A stretch of DNA of 64,000 nucleotides from positions 32,001 through 96,000 of the forward strand of contig JBMOPW010000010.1 of the NCBI GenBank assembly GCA_049322915.1, read 5' to 3'. Source of the DNA: Candidatus Zhuqueibacterota bacterium (GTDB lineage: Bacteria > Zhuqueibacterota > Zhuqueibacteria > Thermofontimicrobiales > Thermofontimicrobiaceae). The notes beneath the pieces were generated by a model, which saw only the letters and a program-made list of their open reading frames with translations, had not been told where the DNA came from and made no database searches. The number at the start of each line of letters is the position of its first letter. The stretch's first letter is position 1. Of this stretch, positions 30,416 to 40,310 are shown piece by piece. A program made the position numbers and the translations under genes.

Positions 30416-31495
30416 ATGGACAGCCTGATTGGACTCACAGCGAGTGATTGGTGGAAACTTTTAAGAGATAATCGTTTTGCCGTGGAACCGTCGCACTGGT
30501 TCAAAGCATTTTTATTGACAATTTTTTCAGCCAACAATTCGTTTTTCAAACGACGGGAAGATCGCATCTACCTGCCCGAGGTGGAGAAGCAGGAGATAAC
30601 AAAACCGCCTGTCTTCATTTTGGGGCATTGGCGCAGCGGCACCACCCATCTCCACAACTTGTTCGTGCTGGATAAACAATTTGCCTATCCCAATCTGTTT
30701 CAAGTCAATAATCCGCATACATTCCTGTACAAGGAACCGAAATATGCCAAGCTCTTTGCCAGAATGCAGGCGGAAGAGCGTCCCATGGATAATGTCAAAA
30801 TCGATCTGAAAAGTCCCGGCGAAGAAGAATTCGCTCTGGGCGCGCTCAGCCTCATCACCCCATTGCTGGGGTGGCCATTCCCGCAGAGAGAAGAATATTA
30901 TGACCGCTATCTCACTTTCCAGGATGTTTCCAAAGAGACTATCGACAAGTGGAAGTCGTCATTCATCCTGTTTGTGAAAAAGCTCACCTGGCGATACGAG
31001 AAACAGTTGGTCCTGAAATCCCCGGCCAATACTGGACGGATAAAATTGCTGCTGGAAATTTTCCCGCAGGCAAAAATTGTCCACATTCATCGGAATCCCT
31101 ATGCCGTTTTCAAATCGACTGTGGGACTGTACAAAAAAGCCGTGGCCTCGGCGTATCTGCACCATCCCAAAAATAGCGACACCACGGAAGGAATTTTGAA
31201 ACGGTACAAAGAGATGTACGACTGCTTCTTCGACCAGCGCCATTTAATTCCTGATGGCAATTACATAGAGGTGAGTTTCGAGGAACTGGAGGCGGATACG
31301 ATGGGTCAAATGGAGCGAATCTACTCGAATTTGAGGCTGCACGGTTTCGGCCAGCTGCAACCCAGGTTGCACGAATACATCGAAGCCAATAAAAAATATG
31401 AGAAGAATCAGTATAAGTCGCTGGAACCAGCCCTCAAAGAGCGCGTTGCCGGTAGCTGGCGCCGGAGTTTTGAAGAGTGGGGGTATGAAATTTAA
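30416..31495 (+). CDS. PAPS-dependent sulfotransferase (Sulfotransfer_3 / Stf3-like)
   Basis: 5'-PSB loop PVFILGHWRSGTTHLHNL, LVLKSP, and IHRNPY..FKS. ATG 30416 is preferred over the overlapping track start at 30266. Confidence 0.9.
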   Translation: MDSLIGLTASDWWKLLRDNRFAVEPSHWFKAFLLTIFSANNSFFKRREDRIYLPEVEKQEITKPPVFILGHWRSGTTHLHNLFVLDKQFAYPNLFQVNNPHTFLYKEPKYAKLFARMQAEERPMDNVKIDLKSPGEEEFALGALSLITPLLGWPFPQREEYYDRYLTFQDVSKETIDKWKSSFILFVKKLTWRYEKQLVLKSPANTGRIKLLLEIFPQAKIVHIHRNPYAVFKSTVGLYKKAVASAYLHHPKNSDTTEGILKRYKEMYDCFFDQRHLIPDGNYIEVSFEELEADTMGQMERIYSNLRLHGFGQLQPRLHEYIEANKKYEKNQYKSLEPALKERVAGSWRRSFEEWGYEI

Positions 31496-31732
31496 TCGGG
31501 TGACCGATGATCCAGGCAGTCCGCACCAGTGAAAGCAGCTTGTCTCTGTCACTCGTTGAATCGCGCATTGCTGTAAAGTACCCGGGGCCGATGATACGTC
31601 CAATTTCAGCGCCTAAAAATCTGGCAGTGCGCTCAATGCCGCGTCCAGGGGCATTCATTGCAGCGATTCCTACACACACAATCAGGTCTCTTTCCCTGAA
31701 GAGAAAAATTAATTTCGTTGCGTAATTCCGGA

Positions 31733-32572
31733 TCAACGAATGAACCGCACCAATTCCGTGGTCTGTTTGCGATGCGGCGCGGCGGGAATATCCGCCGGGT
31801 AGCCCAGCGGCGTCACCGTCGCAATGTAATGGGATTGCGGAATCCCCAATGCTTGTTTCACATCTTCCCTGTCCATGGCTGCGATCCAGCATGTGCCCAA
31901 CCCAAAATTCCACGCTGACAGCATGAAATGGTAAGCTGCAATACAGGCGTCCTGTTCCGGGCGCAGCGTCTTTTCGTTGTCCGTGCAAATCGCCACGGCC
32001 AGCGGCGCGCGCCCGATGGGAGCGCTGTTGCCCTCCCTGCGGGACGCGAGAAAATTCAGCATCGCCGGCTCTTCAATCACCACGAAATAATAGGATTGTG
32101 AATTTCTCGATGTGGGCGCGAATCGGCATAATTCAGAAACCTGCGACAGGATTTCCCCTGGTATCTTCCGCTCCAGAAAATGCCTCGTGCTGCGGCGCGT
32201 CAACAGCAGTTCGTCGCCGGGCAGGAAGGGGGGAAGCTCGTGCGAAAACGACTGGAATTCCAGCAGCCGGTTCTCCCTGTCCCGGGCGAAAAATTGATAG
32301 ATGGAATAGACATCGTTTCGCGTCGGCGGCGCAACGGCGATGGATTGAAGCGTGTGATACATGGAGTCGACTTCTTTGTCCGAGGGATAAAAAAAGGTGA
32401 TGATGCCGCCGGTGTCGGGTTCGTCGCGCTGGCAGAAACCCAACAGCATATTGCCGTGCTTCAGAATCAGGCAGTCCTTTTGTTCGAGCCAGACCTGCAT
32501 CCGGATTTGATCGGTGTAGAAGTCGCGTAACGATTTCAAATCTCGCGTCCTGAAGAAAACAATGCCAGCCAT
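31733..32572 (-). CDS. VOC/glyoxalase-like domain fused to nitroreductase
   Basis: N-terminal ~110 aa DL..LRDFY...YQFFARDRENRLLEF (VOC fold); C-terminal TRRSTRHF, APTSRNSQ, GLGTCWI, LGYP (nitroreductase). GAGGAG RBS. Confidence 0.85.
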   Translation of the reverse strand: MAGIVFFRTRDLKSLRDFYTDQIRMQVWLEQKDCLILKHGNMLLGFCQRDEPDTGGIITFFYPSDKEVDSMYHTLQSIAVAPPTRNDVYSIYQFFARDRENRLLEFQSFSHELPPFLPGDELLLTRRSTRHFLERKIPGEILSQVSELCRFAPTSRNSQSYYFVVIEEPAMLNFLASRREGNSAPIGRAPLAVAICTDNEKTLRPEQDACIAAYHFMLSAWNFGLGTCWIAAMDREDVKQALGIPQSHYIATVTPLGYPADIPAAPHRKQTTELVRFIR

Positions 32573-32807
32573 GGTCTCCTCCTCGTTTCTATTTTCTCAA
32601 AAGAAATTTTTATGAATCTACAACAAGACCGATTGGATGTCAAGAGATATTTCCAAAAAATTGTCTTGCATTTGTGACGAAAAGATATTTATTATGACTG
32701 GTGAACCAAATCGCGCTCCGGGTGAGAGTTGGGCGTCCCCGAATACCACGCCGGGTGAATTTTTCCCGATGATCTCTGGCAGATGGGCTCGCGATTCGTG
32801 GCAATGA

Positions 32808-33617
32808 ATGAATATCATTTTAGCAGGAGAGGAAAACTTGAACGCACGCGTCCCTCGGAATCTGATGCTCGCCGGGCTGCTGCTGGCGATGACATTTGTG
32901 TGCTGTTCGCTCGTGGGAATCAAGCGGAACCGACCGCAGTTATCGGTAGCGGATCAATTCGCACGGGCAATCGCGGATGCTGTCTTCGCGGATGAAAACG
33001 AAATTTTCGATGAATTGATCCCCATTGATTTTTCCAACGATTATCTCACCTGGACCATTGAAGGACAGGATACCCTGCTGCATGTGCTGAACTGGACCGA
33101 TCATCCGGAGCGATTTTCACCGGGAGATTCGGTTGTGACCTGGTGGGGAGATACCTGGGTGACTGTGGCGCCCGAGTTAGTCGAATGGCTCGCTGCGAGG
33201 GATATTTCAGCAAATGCATTGCAGCTTCGGCTGGAGCAATTGTTGGGCCTGCCGCCGGATGGCAGCCATACGCATGTTGTGCACATCCGGGTGAATCCGA
33301 AATATCTGTTTCGTCCCTCTCCAGACGCTGAAATCACAGACCGGGTCGCTGAATTGGACCTGCCTTCGCTGGCCGATTCCTGCCACGTTGCATGGTATCA
33401 CGAGACGATCATCGATTCCTATTTCCCGCCGGCCTATCCCTGGACCAGGCTCGGCTACACATACGATTGGGGCGACGAGGCCAATGAGATCGGCCTCTCG
33501 GAGTTCGTGATCCGGAAAAATTCGACGATTCACGTCATTGCCAAAACGCCGACATTGGAATTTGTGACGAACAATGTCAAACCCGCACGCGACAAAGGTA
33601 CAGTCTCCCGCAACTGA
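32808..33617 (+). CDS. Hypothetical exported protein or lipoprotein
   Basis: Hydrophobic N-terminus with Cys; motifs RLEQLLGLPP, LFRP, YPWTRLGYTYDWG, GLSEFVI. Exact start uncertain. Confidence 0.7.
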   Translation: MNIILAGEENLNARVPRNLMLAGLLLAMTFVCCSLVGIKRNRPQLSVADQFARAIADAVFADENEIFDELIPIDFSNDYLTWTIEGQDTLLHVLNWTDHPERFSPGDSVVTWWGDTWVTVAPELVEWLAARDISANALQLRLEQLLGLPPDGSHTHVVHIRVNPKYLFRPSPDAEITDRVAELDLPSLADSCHVAWYHETIIDSYFPPAYPWTRLGYTYDWGDEANEIGLSEFVIRKNSTIHVIAKTPTLEFVTNNVKPARDKGTVSRN

Positions 33618-33810
33618 TCTGCATGAACTGATCCGCCTCAGGACAAACGAACCCTGGCCTGGAAGCACCTCGTTCATCGGGTAGTTGAACAACCGCTTCT
33701 CCCATGTTGATTTTGGACCTGTTCCGGCGGAATGCGTATCTTCGTTTTTCCGCATGGCAATGAACACATCCGCCGAAGCCGGTTTTCGGTTTCAATGAAA
33801 GCGCTCTGAA

Positions 33811-34824
33811 TTACTCTTTCAGGTTCGAGGCGATGAATTCAGCAGCCCTGATGCCGGACAATGCAGCGCTTTCCACTCGGTTCCCCACAAATCCATCGCC
33901 GGCAAAAACCATGGGCCCTGGCTCCGGGAGGTAGAGGAAAGGCTGGCCATAGGATTGAATCGGCTGACTGTATCGCCATCGGTGAATCTGGTATTCGACG
34001 ATTTCTCCGTGGAGCAATGGCTGCGCCGCTGTGATGAGTCGCTCGAAAATCTTTTCGTCGCTCCAGTCCCAGTGCCGCAGCGAGAATTCCGGCCCGGCGT
34101 GGATGGTGACAGCATATCCGTTTGGCGAAATACCTTTCACACCATTGTCCGCGATCCACTGAATCGGTTCGCCGTCCATCCACATGCCGCCCGGTTCGGG
34201 AATGGTGCTTCGTTCATTCTGCAACACCAACGCTGCGATGCACCGCTGGTAGGTGACATTTTCCAACTGACTCAGAATATCCTCCGGCAGCGTGAGTTTT
34301 GAATTGTTCAGCAATTCAAGAATCTGAGGCACCGGGGGAGTCAGCAGAATGATGTCGCCCGTGTACGCTTCCTTCGCGTCCGAATGGGCAGTCCACTGAT
34401 TGGCCTTCCAGGCGATTTTTACGATCTGGGTGCTGGTGTGAACGGTCAATTTGGCAGCCAATTGTTTGGCGATATCGCGCATGCTCACGGTACCGCGGTA
34501 GAACACGGTGTTGGGCTGTTTCACTCTGGCGTTGTTGACAACGAATTTATCGCTCCACTGTTGGACGATGTTATTGCGTTTCCATTCGGATACCCACTGT
34601 TGAAATGCCGCCTGCTGCACAGTGAAGAATTGCGCGCCATAATCGAAAACGCCCTCGCCGGCATGGGTATCTTGGATGCGGCGCGTGGCCAGGCGACCGC
34701 CGATGCCCCGACCTTTATCCAGCACGGTCACTTTCAATCCAGCCTGCTGCAATCGGGTTGCAGCGATTAATCCGGAAATTCCACCGCCAATGATCACACA
34801 ATTTTTAGCATGAATATTTTCCAT
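33811..34824 (-). CDS. Renalase-like FAD/NAD(P)-dependent oxidoreductase
   Basis: IIGGGISGL, DKGRGIGGRLATRR, DYGAQFFT, HRWRYSQP, AGD...VESAALSG. Confidence 0.9.
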   Translation of the reverse strand: MENIHAKNCVIIGGGISGLIAATRLQQAGLKVTVLDKGRGIGGRLATRRIQDTHAGEGVFDYGAQFFTVQQAAFQQWVSEWKRNNIVQQWSDKFVVNNARVKQPNTVFYRGTVSMRDIAKQLAAKLTVHTSTQIVKIAWKANQWTAHSDAKEAYTGDIILLTPPVPQILELLNNSKLTLPEDILSQLENVTYQRCIAALVLQNERSTIPEPGGMWMDGEPIQWIADNGVKGISPNGYAVTIHAGPEFSLRHWDWSDEKIFERLITAAQPLLHGEIVEYQIHRWRYSQPIQSYGQPFLYLPEPGPMVFAGDGFVGNRVESAALSGIRAAEFIASNLKE

Positions 34825-34928
34825 CGTGTCACTCCATGAGTTGAAAAACCAATCGAATTTTCCAGTAGAGTTTTACCAGACTCGATTATCAAAAAAACAG
34901 CTATTGATTCCACTTTCGCCCCGGGCCT

Positions 34929-35423
34929 TCACGGGATCCATGCCGCTATCGCCTGAAATTGCGCCACATAAAAATACCGAACGACATGAATATTGAACAG
35001 CGCCGGACTCGTTGAGTCGAGGAATCCAGCCAAATACGGATGCCTGATTTTGAGTCGCTGGATGCCGGTTGCATATTCCGCGTCGGAGGCAATCTCTTCG
35101 GCTGAGCCAGTCACGGTGACAGCGCTAATTTCCGCAGGGCTTCCCTGGTGGAGGGACCGATCATCGATCACGATGGCCACCCGGGAATTCGCTGAAAGCA
35201 GTTCGTACTTTCGCGTCGTTTTCGGCGTGGCAAACAAGAATGTCTTCAGGTCATCGTCAGGGACGTAGGCGATTAAGGAGCCGTACGGTTGAGTATAGCC
35301 CTGGGTGCATAGAATGCAAAAGGATTGTTGCGCGACCAAATCCCTGACTTTTCTTTCCAGCGTCAGGTCGTGCGTCGCAATGAGTTTTTTATCACCCAAT
35401 TCTTCAGCAAAGCTCATTTCCAT
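34929..35423 (-). CDS. Pyridoxamine 5'-phosphate oxidase-like (FMN split-barrel) protein
   Basis: CILCT....PYGSLI, FATPKTTRKY..L..N.RVA. Confidence 0.8.
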   Translation of the reverse strand: MEMSFAEELGDKKLIATHDLTLERKVRDLVAQQSFCILCTQGYTQPYGSLIAYVPDDDLKTFLFATPKTTRKYELLSANSRVAIVIDDRSLHQGSPAEISAVTVTGSAEEIASDAEYATGIQRLKIRHPYLAGFLDSTSPALFNIHVVRYFYVAQFQAIAAWIP

Positions 35424-35464
35424 CGTGACATCCTCGATGACCTGCGATCATGATAAGTATTGTT

Positions 35465-37000
35465 TTACAAGGCCTCAATCCGGTCAAGGTAATGCTGTGC
35501 CTGGCCAAGAATTTTGCGGAGCTCGTCCTGCGCAATTCGATCCATTGTCCGGTAGACCATCTGAATGCGCGGATTGGCAGCCAATCGTTCCCGATTCCGA
35601 AAATAGAACGCCCAGTACAGGCTATTGAATGGGCAGGCGCGATCCCCATATTTTATCTGATGCGAGTAATAACAGCCCTCGCAGTAGTCGCTCATTTTAT
35701 GAATGTAATTGGCAGTGGAATTATACGGCTTGGTGGCCATGAGTCCGCCGTCCGCAAATTGGCTCATGCCTCGGGTATTGGTGATTTCAACCCATTCGAT
35801 GGCGTCGATGTAAATGCCCAGATACCATGCGTCGACGTGATCCGGGCTGACGCCAACCAATTGCGCGAAATTCCCGGTCACCATCAGCCGTTGAATGTGA
35901 TGGGCATAGGCGCTATTCAGCGATTGTCGGATAACCTGGCGCATGCATGCCATCTTTGTGTCGCCGTCCCAGTAATAGTGAGGCAAAGGCCGCGAGGCTT
36001 CGAAGAAATTCAGTCCGGCGTATTCGGGCATGTTCGCCCAGTAAACGCCGCGCACATACTCGCGCCAGCCGAGAATCTGTCGCACAAATCCTTCGACCTG
36101 ATTCAGATCAATTGTCGTGCGTTGATCCTGCCACGCCTGCGTTGCCGCTGTTATCACTTCCAAGGGATGCAGCATTTTGGTGTTGAGGGCAAAGGACAGC
36201 CGCGAATGGAACAACGACTCCGAGGCAGTGGTCATAGCATCCTGGTAGGCGCCGAAATGGGGCAGACCATGCCGGATGAAATAGTCCAATACCTGCAGCG
36301 CCTGATCCCTGTTGATAAGCCAGGAGAGCTGATCGCCGTCATTGCGCCCGATGGTACTGACTTTCATTTTCGTCACCAGCTTCTTCAATTCGGCGATGTC
36401 GTTGTGGAATTCCAGCGGCGCCGGCGCCGGCACGTCGCCCCGGTATCTGCGACGATTGGCTGCGTCAAAATTCCATGTTCCGCCAATGGGCTTTTCGCCA
36501 TCCAGAAGGATGCGGTGCGTTTTTCGCATGGCGCGGTAGAACATTTCCATCACGTAATGCTTTTTGCCCGGGAAACGGTCGCGCACATCGCCGCGCTGAC
36601 TGAGAAAATGCTGGCTGTCGACTTCGGCGCTGGGAATCGACAGGGTTTTGCAGAACGATTTGAGCTGCTGGTCCAGACGGTATTCGTCCGGGGATTGGTA
36701 TTCGAATCGTTTGATGGCAAATGTCCGGATCAGTTCGGTTAAATTATCAGGGAAGGATTGGCGGTTGTCCGGCGCATCGAGTTGGATATAGTGAACGGTG
36801 TGGCCGCGCTGGCGCAGGTATTCGGCAAAGGCGCGCATGGCAGCAAAAAACGCTAACACCTTCTGGATGTGGTGCTGAGCGTAATCGGTCTCCTGCCGCA
36901 CTTCCATCATCACGTACAGCACATCGGAAGAAACGCTGGAAAACCAGGTGTGATTCGGTGAAAGCTGGTCGCCTAAAATGAGGCGTAATATGTTATGCAT
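35465..37000 (-). CDS. FeS-cluster bacterial cryptochrome/(6-4) photolyase family protein
   Basis: LILGDQL, HHIQK, EGFVRQILGWREY, YAHHIQRLMVTGNF; four Cys (MACM, DYCEGC, ACPF). Start ATG 37000; the track gives 37036. Confidence 0.92.
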   Translation of the reverse strand: MHNILRLILGDQLSPNHTWFSSVSSDVLYVMMEVRQETDYAQHHIQKVLAFFAAMRAFAEYLRQRGHTVHYIQLDAPDNRQSFPDNLTELIRTFAIKRFEYQSPDEYRLDQQLKSFCKTLSIPSAEVDSQHFLSQRGDVRDRFPGKKHYVMEMFYRAMRKTHRILLDGEKPIGGTWNFDAANRRRYRGDVPAPAPLEFHNDIAELKKLVTKMKVSTIGRNDGDQLSWLINRDQALQVLDYFIRHGLPHFGAYQDAMTTASESLFHSRLSFALNTKMLHPLEVITAATQAWQDQRTTIDLNQVEGFVRQILGWREYVRGVYWANMPEYAGLNFFEASRPLPHYYWDGDTKMACMRQVIRQSLNSAYAHHIQRLMVTGNFAQLVGVSPDHVDAWYLGIYIDAIEWVEITNTRGMSQFADGGLMATKPYNSTANYIHKMSDYCEGCYYSHQIKYGDRACPFNSLYWAFYFRNRERLAANPRIQMVYRTMDRIAQDELRKILGQAQHYLDRIEAL

Positions 37001-37059
37001 ACGCACAGTCATGGCTGATTCAGCAAAGTTATTCATGGCAATGGCCCAAAAAACCGACT

Positions 37060-37088
37060 AATATACATGATTCGAAAAAGAAAGTCAA
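37060..37088 (-). promoter_or_regulatory. Sigma70-type promoter for the photolyase operon
   Basis: TTGACT-17 nt-TATATT on the minus strand. Confidence 0.6.
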
Positions 37089-37172
37089 GCAGTTTGATGA
37101 GAATGACGCTGCACCAGGCATTGCTGCGCTTGCAGCGCCGGAGGAAGTACATTTTTCCGTCTGAAAAAAATC

Positions 37173-37201
37173 TTGACTATGGTTGATAAATTGATTAGAT
37201 T
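37173..37201 (+). promoter_or_regulatory. Sigma70-type promoter for the aminotransferase/Fpg operon
   Basis: TTGACT-17 nt-TAGATT. Confidence 0.55.
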
Positions 37202-37244
37202 GTTGCCAGCTTAGTTGTGCCTGATTACGGAGAAAGGACGTCCC

Positions 37245-38372
37245 TTGGCAAAGAATTTCCGTGACTTATTCGGCTTCGATCCCTCCATTGTCTACTTCAA
37301 TCACGCTGCGACCGGAATGCTGCCCACCTGTTCCGCAGACGCGATGAATCAGTATATCCAGCAGTTAAAAATCCACGGCGAGCCTCCCATCGAGGATTTA
37401 TTACGCCTATCTGAAACTTTCAAATCCCACGCGGCGCAGCTCCTGAATGTACCCAGTCGCGACATCGCTTTCATTAAAAACACCACGGACGGATTGGAAA
37501 TAGCGCTGTTTTCCATCGATTGGAAACCGGGGGATAATATGGTGGTTCAGGAGGATGCGTTTCCGGCGAGCCTTTACCTGGCCGCGTATTGTTTCCCCAA
37601 CGTGGAAAAACGCTACGTCCCCCTGCATCATCCGGATGATTTTTATCACCGATTGGAAAATAAAATCGACGGACACACGCGCGCCGTTGTCGTTGATTAC
37701 GTCCACTTCATTTCCGGCGACCGCCTGGATCTGAGGCGATTGGGGGAGATTGTTCGACGCAGCAACAGCGTGCTGGTCGTCGATGGCATTCAGGCGCTTG
37801 GTGCGATTGCCGTGGATCTGGCGCAAACGCCGGTCGATTTTTTTGCGGCTGGCGGAATGAAATGGCTGCAAGGTCCGGCCGGCAGCGGCGTTCTTTACAC
37901 CCGTCCTGAAATCATGGAAACGCTGACGCCGTTCAGGATTGGCTGGTTCAGCGCCGAATACGAGGACTTTTCCAGCCTGTACCCGGTTCGACCGTTGAAA
38001 AAAGATGCCGGTCGGTTCCGGCCGGCCAATGATAACTATATCGGCCTGGTCGGATTGACGGAGTCGCTCAGGATGCTCAATGACGTTGGCGCCGCGCGCT
38101 TTGAATCCACGATCATGGAAATGTCCCGCGAGTTGATGAAGCAATTAGACGATCTCGGCTGCACAATTTTCACGCCCCGGGAAAATACCCGACGCGCCGG
38201 TATTGTATCATTCAAACTGCCGGGAGTGGACAGCCATCGGTTGTATGAGGCGCTCACGCGGGAACAGATTGTCTGCTCGCTGCGCGAAGGCTGGGTGCGG
38301 ATTGCGATTCATTTTTATAACACAAAGCAGGAGATTAACAAGGTTGTTGAGCTGATTGAATCGAATCTCTAA
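37245..38372 (+). CDS. Class V PLP-dependent aminotransferase / cysteine desulfurase-like
   Basis: YFNHAATG, NTTDGL, VVDGIQALG, KWLQGPAGSG, RIAIHFYN. TTG 37245 follows an AAGGA RBS; the track start is 37215. Confidence 0.88.
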   Translation: MAKNFRDLFGFDPSIVYFNHAATGMLPTCSADAMNQYIQQLKIHGEPPIEDLLRLSETFKSHAAQLLNVPSRDIAFIKNTTDGLEIALFSIDWKPGDNMVVQEDAFPASLYLAAYCFPNVEKRYVPLHHPDDFYHRLENKIDGHTRAVVVDYVHFISGDRLDLRRLGEIVRRSNSVLVVDGIQALGAIAVDLAQTPVDFFAAGGMKWLQGPAGSGVLYTRPEIMETLTPFRIGWFSAEYEDFSSLYPVRPLKKDAGRFRPANDNYIGLVGLTESLRMLNDVGAARFESTIMEMSRELMKQLDDLGCTIFTPRENTRRAGIVSFKLPGVDSHRLYEALTREQIVCSLREGWVRIAIHFYNTKQEINKVVELIESNL

Positions 38373-38387
38373 GGAAGGGAAACAATT

Positions 38388-39197
38388 ATGCCTGAACTAC
38401 CTGAAATAGTGGTCATCAGCAAACAGATGAATGAGACCATTGCGGAGAAGAAGATAGAGTCAGTGGCCATCTATCAATCCAAATGTCTCAATCGTCCGGA
38501 AGAAGATTATGCCCGGCACCTTGTCGGACAGAAAGTGAAGAAGGTCGCTCCATTGGGCAAATGGGTCGAAATTCATTTCAGCCGCGGCGATCGGCTCCTG
38601 ATCAGCCTGGGCATGGGGGGCGAACTGCTCTATTTCACCAGCAGCAGCGAAATTCCGAGCAATGTGAAATTCGTCGTTCGGTTCACGGACCAGTCCGGGT
38701 TTTATATCACGCTTTCGTGGTTCGGTTATTTTCATCTTATCCTGAAAGGCGAGTCCAATCCAATGACCGATTCGTTGGGCTCAGATGCGCTGGAAATTAG
38801 CCTGGTTGATTTTCAGAAGTTACTGAAAGGCAATAAGAGCGGCATTAAATCGTTTTTGATGAATCAGAAGAACCTCCGGGGTATCGGTAATTTTTATATT
38901 CAGGAAATATTATTTCAGGCCCGCATTCATCCACTGAAAAAAATTGACTGTCTTACCGATGAAAACATTGTGATGCTTTACGATGCCATGCAATCCGTGC
39001 TGGAGGAGGCGGTCGACAAAGGCTCCAGTTTTTATGAAGTGGATTTCTTCGGTCAGAAAGGCGACTACACGCTGGAACTGCTTTCGTTCGCATACAAAGA
39101 AGGCGCAAAATGCCCGGTGTGCGGCGCAGAGACGGAGAAGATCAAGACCGGGTCAACCGCGCAATACGTGTGTCCCAGATGTCAGCCTATTGCATGA
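38388..39197 (+). CDS. Fpg/Nei family DNA glycosylase
   Basis: N-terminal MPELPE, GKW, H2TH GIGNFY..EILF.ARIHP, C-terminal CPVC...CPRCQ zinc finger. Confidence 0.93.
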   Translation: MPELPEIVVISKQMNETIAEKKIESVAIYQSKCLNRPEEDYARHLVGQKVKKVAPLGKWVEIHFSRGDRLLISLGMGGELLYFTSSSEIPSNVKFVVRFTDQSGFYITLSWFGYFHLILKGESNPMTDSLGSDALEISLVDFQKLLKGNKSGIKSFLMNQKNLRGIGNFYIQEILFQARIHPLKKIDCLTDENIVMLYDAMQSVLEEAVDKGSSFYEVDFFGQKGDYTLELLSFAYKEGAKCPVCGAETEKIKTGSTAQYVCPRCQPIA

Positions 39198-39364
39198 CGG
39201 ACGGTTTCAAGGCGACATCCGGGAGTTCGGACTCAATGACCGGCCAGGGCCATCTGTCCGCGCGCGTGAGGCGGAATGATTTAAACAGGATTCTGCAGTT
39301 TCACAGTACCTATTATTCCAAAATAGTGTTTTGGAATTTACTGAATTTCAATGTAGAAATTTAG

Positions 39365-39525
39365 CCTGCATTATTCATAGTATTTTTAAAGGAGGCTGGC
39401 TAACCTGAATGGTGCTCTTTTTAGAATAAACGTATAAAAACTGAGTTTCAAAATAGCTTAGCCTTTAGCTAATTGAAAATCTGAATGTCGACTCAAATTC
39501 TGAGCAAGTTCATGAATAATTCAGG
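39365..39525 (+). mobile_element. 161-bp MITE, copy 1
   Basis: Terminal inverted repeats CCTGCATTATTCAT / ATGAATAATTCAGG (13/14); flanks TTAG / ATAG; near-identical to copies 2 and 3. Confidence 0.85.
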
Positions 39526-39618
39526 ATAGGTAGTCGGTTATATAGAAAAAAATATTGGACAATGTCGTACCAGCGGACCAGGGTGCGCTGGTTCCGGCGT
39601 ACGAGAAGAGGAGTAAGA

Positions 39619-40206
39619 ATGAGGTTCAGTAAAGTTTTTATTGTTGCTATTTCCGTTCTCGGTTTGACCTGTGTGCGAATCGATGAGGTCAAGGATGCCC
39701 AGGTGACGGTTCGGCAGACGATGAGCTCGTTTTACATGGCTCAGGAGACGAAAGATGTGAAGGCGATTTCAGCGCTCTACGCGCAGGATACGACTGTTGT
39801 GGCTATCGGGCCCCTCAGCGACGAACAATTGACTGGCTGGCATCAGATTCGAAATAACTGGAAGCGCTTTTTCGGGACCGTCGATAATGTGAAAATCTGG
39901 AGGCGCGATGATATGATCCGATTGAATTTCGAGGGCAATTTTGCCTGGGTCCTGTCGCTGAATCAGATTGAAGTGAACCGGGCCGGCGTCACAGAAATGC
40001 ATCGCTATTGTTTCTCGGCTGTGATGCAGCAGACGGCCGGGCAGTGGCAGTTCGTTCAGACCCATATTTCCATTCCCGGCCTCAATCCCGTAGCTGTGGC
40101 GCCATCAGGTCAACCTCCGCTGAATGAAGTGCAGGAGGATGAACCACCGATAGAAGACTCCAGCCATGTGGTGAAAGAGCCCGATGCCGGCTCGTATGAA
40201 AAGTAG
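39619..40206 (+). CDS. SnoaL/NTF2-like domain protein with signal (lipo)peptide
   Basis: GAGGAG RBS before ATG 39619; hydrophobic leader ending LGLTC; GW.QIR..W and WQFVQTHIS NTF2-type terminus. Confidence 0.8.
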   Translation: MRFSKVFIVAISVLGLTCVRIDEVKDAQVTVRQTMSSFYMAQETKDVKAISALYAQDTTVVAIGPLSDEQLTGWHQIRNNWKRFFGTVDNVKIWRRDDMIRLNFEGNFAWVLSLNQIEVNRAGVTEMHRYCFSAVMQQTAGQWQFVQTHISIPGLNPVAVAPSGQPPLNEVQEDEPPIEDSSHVVKEPDAGSYEK

Positions 40207-40310
40207 CGAGTCCATTGCTGCAATGAAATGACCTGCTCGATTGACCAGGCGTTCGGAGGAGGCATTGTGAGAAGACCTGTGCGGCTAATATTCATGAGAA
40301 ATACGAATAG

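Noticed and set aside
35450..36742. 430-aa + strand ORF opposite the photolyase
   Set aside because: Antisense shadow; the minus-strand product carries all family motifs.
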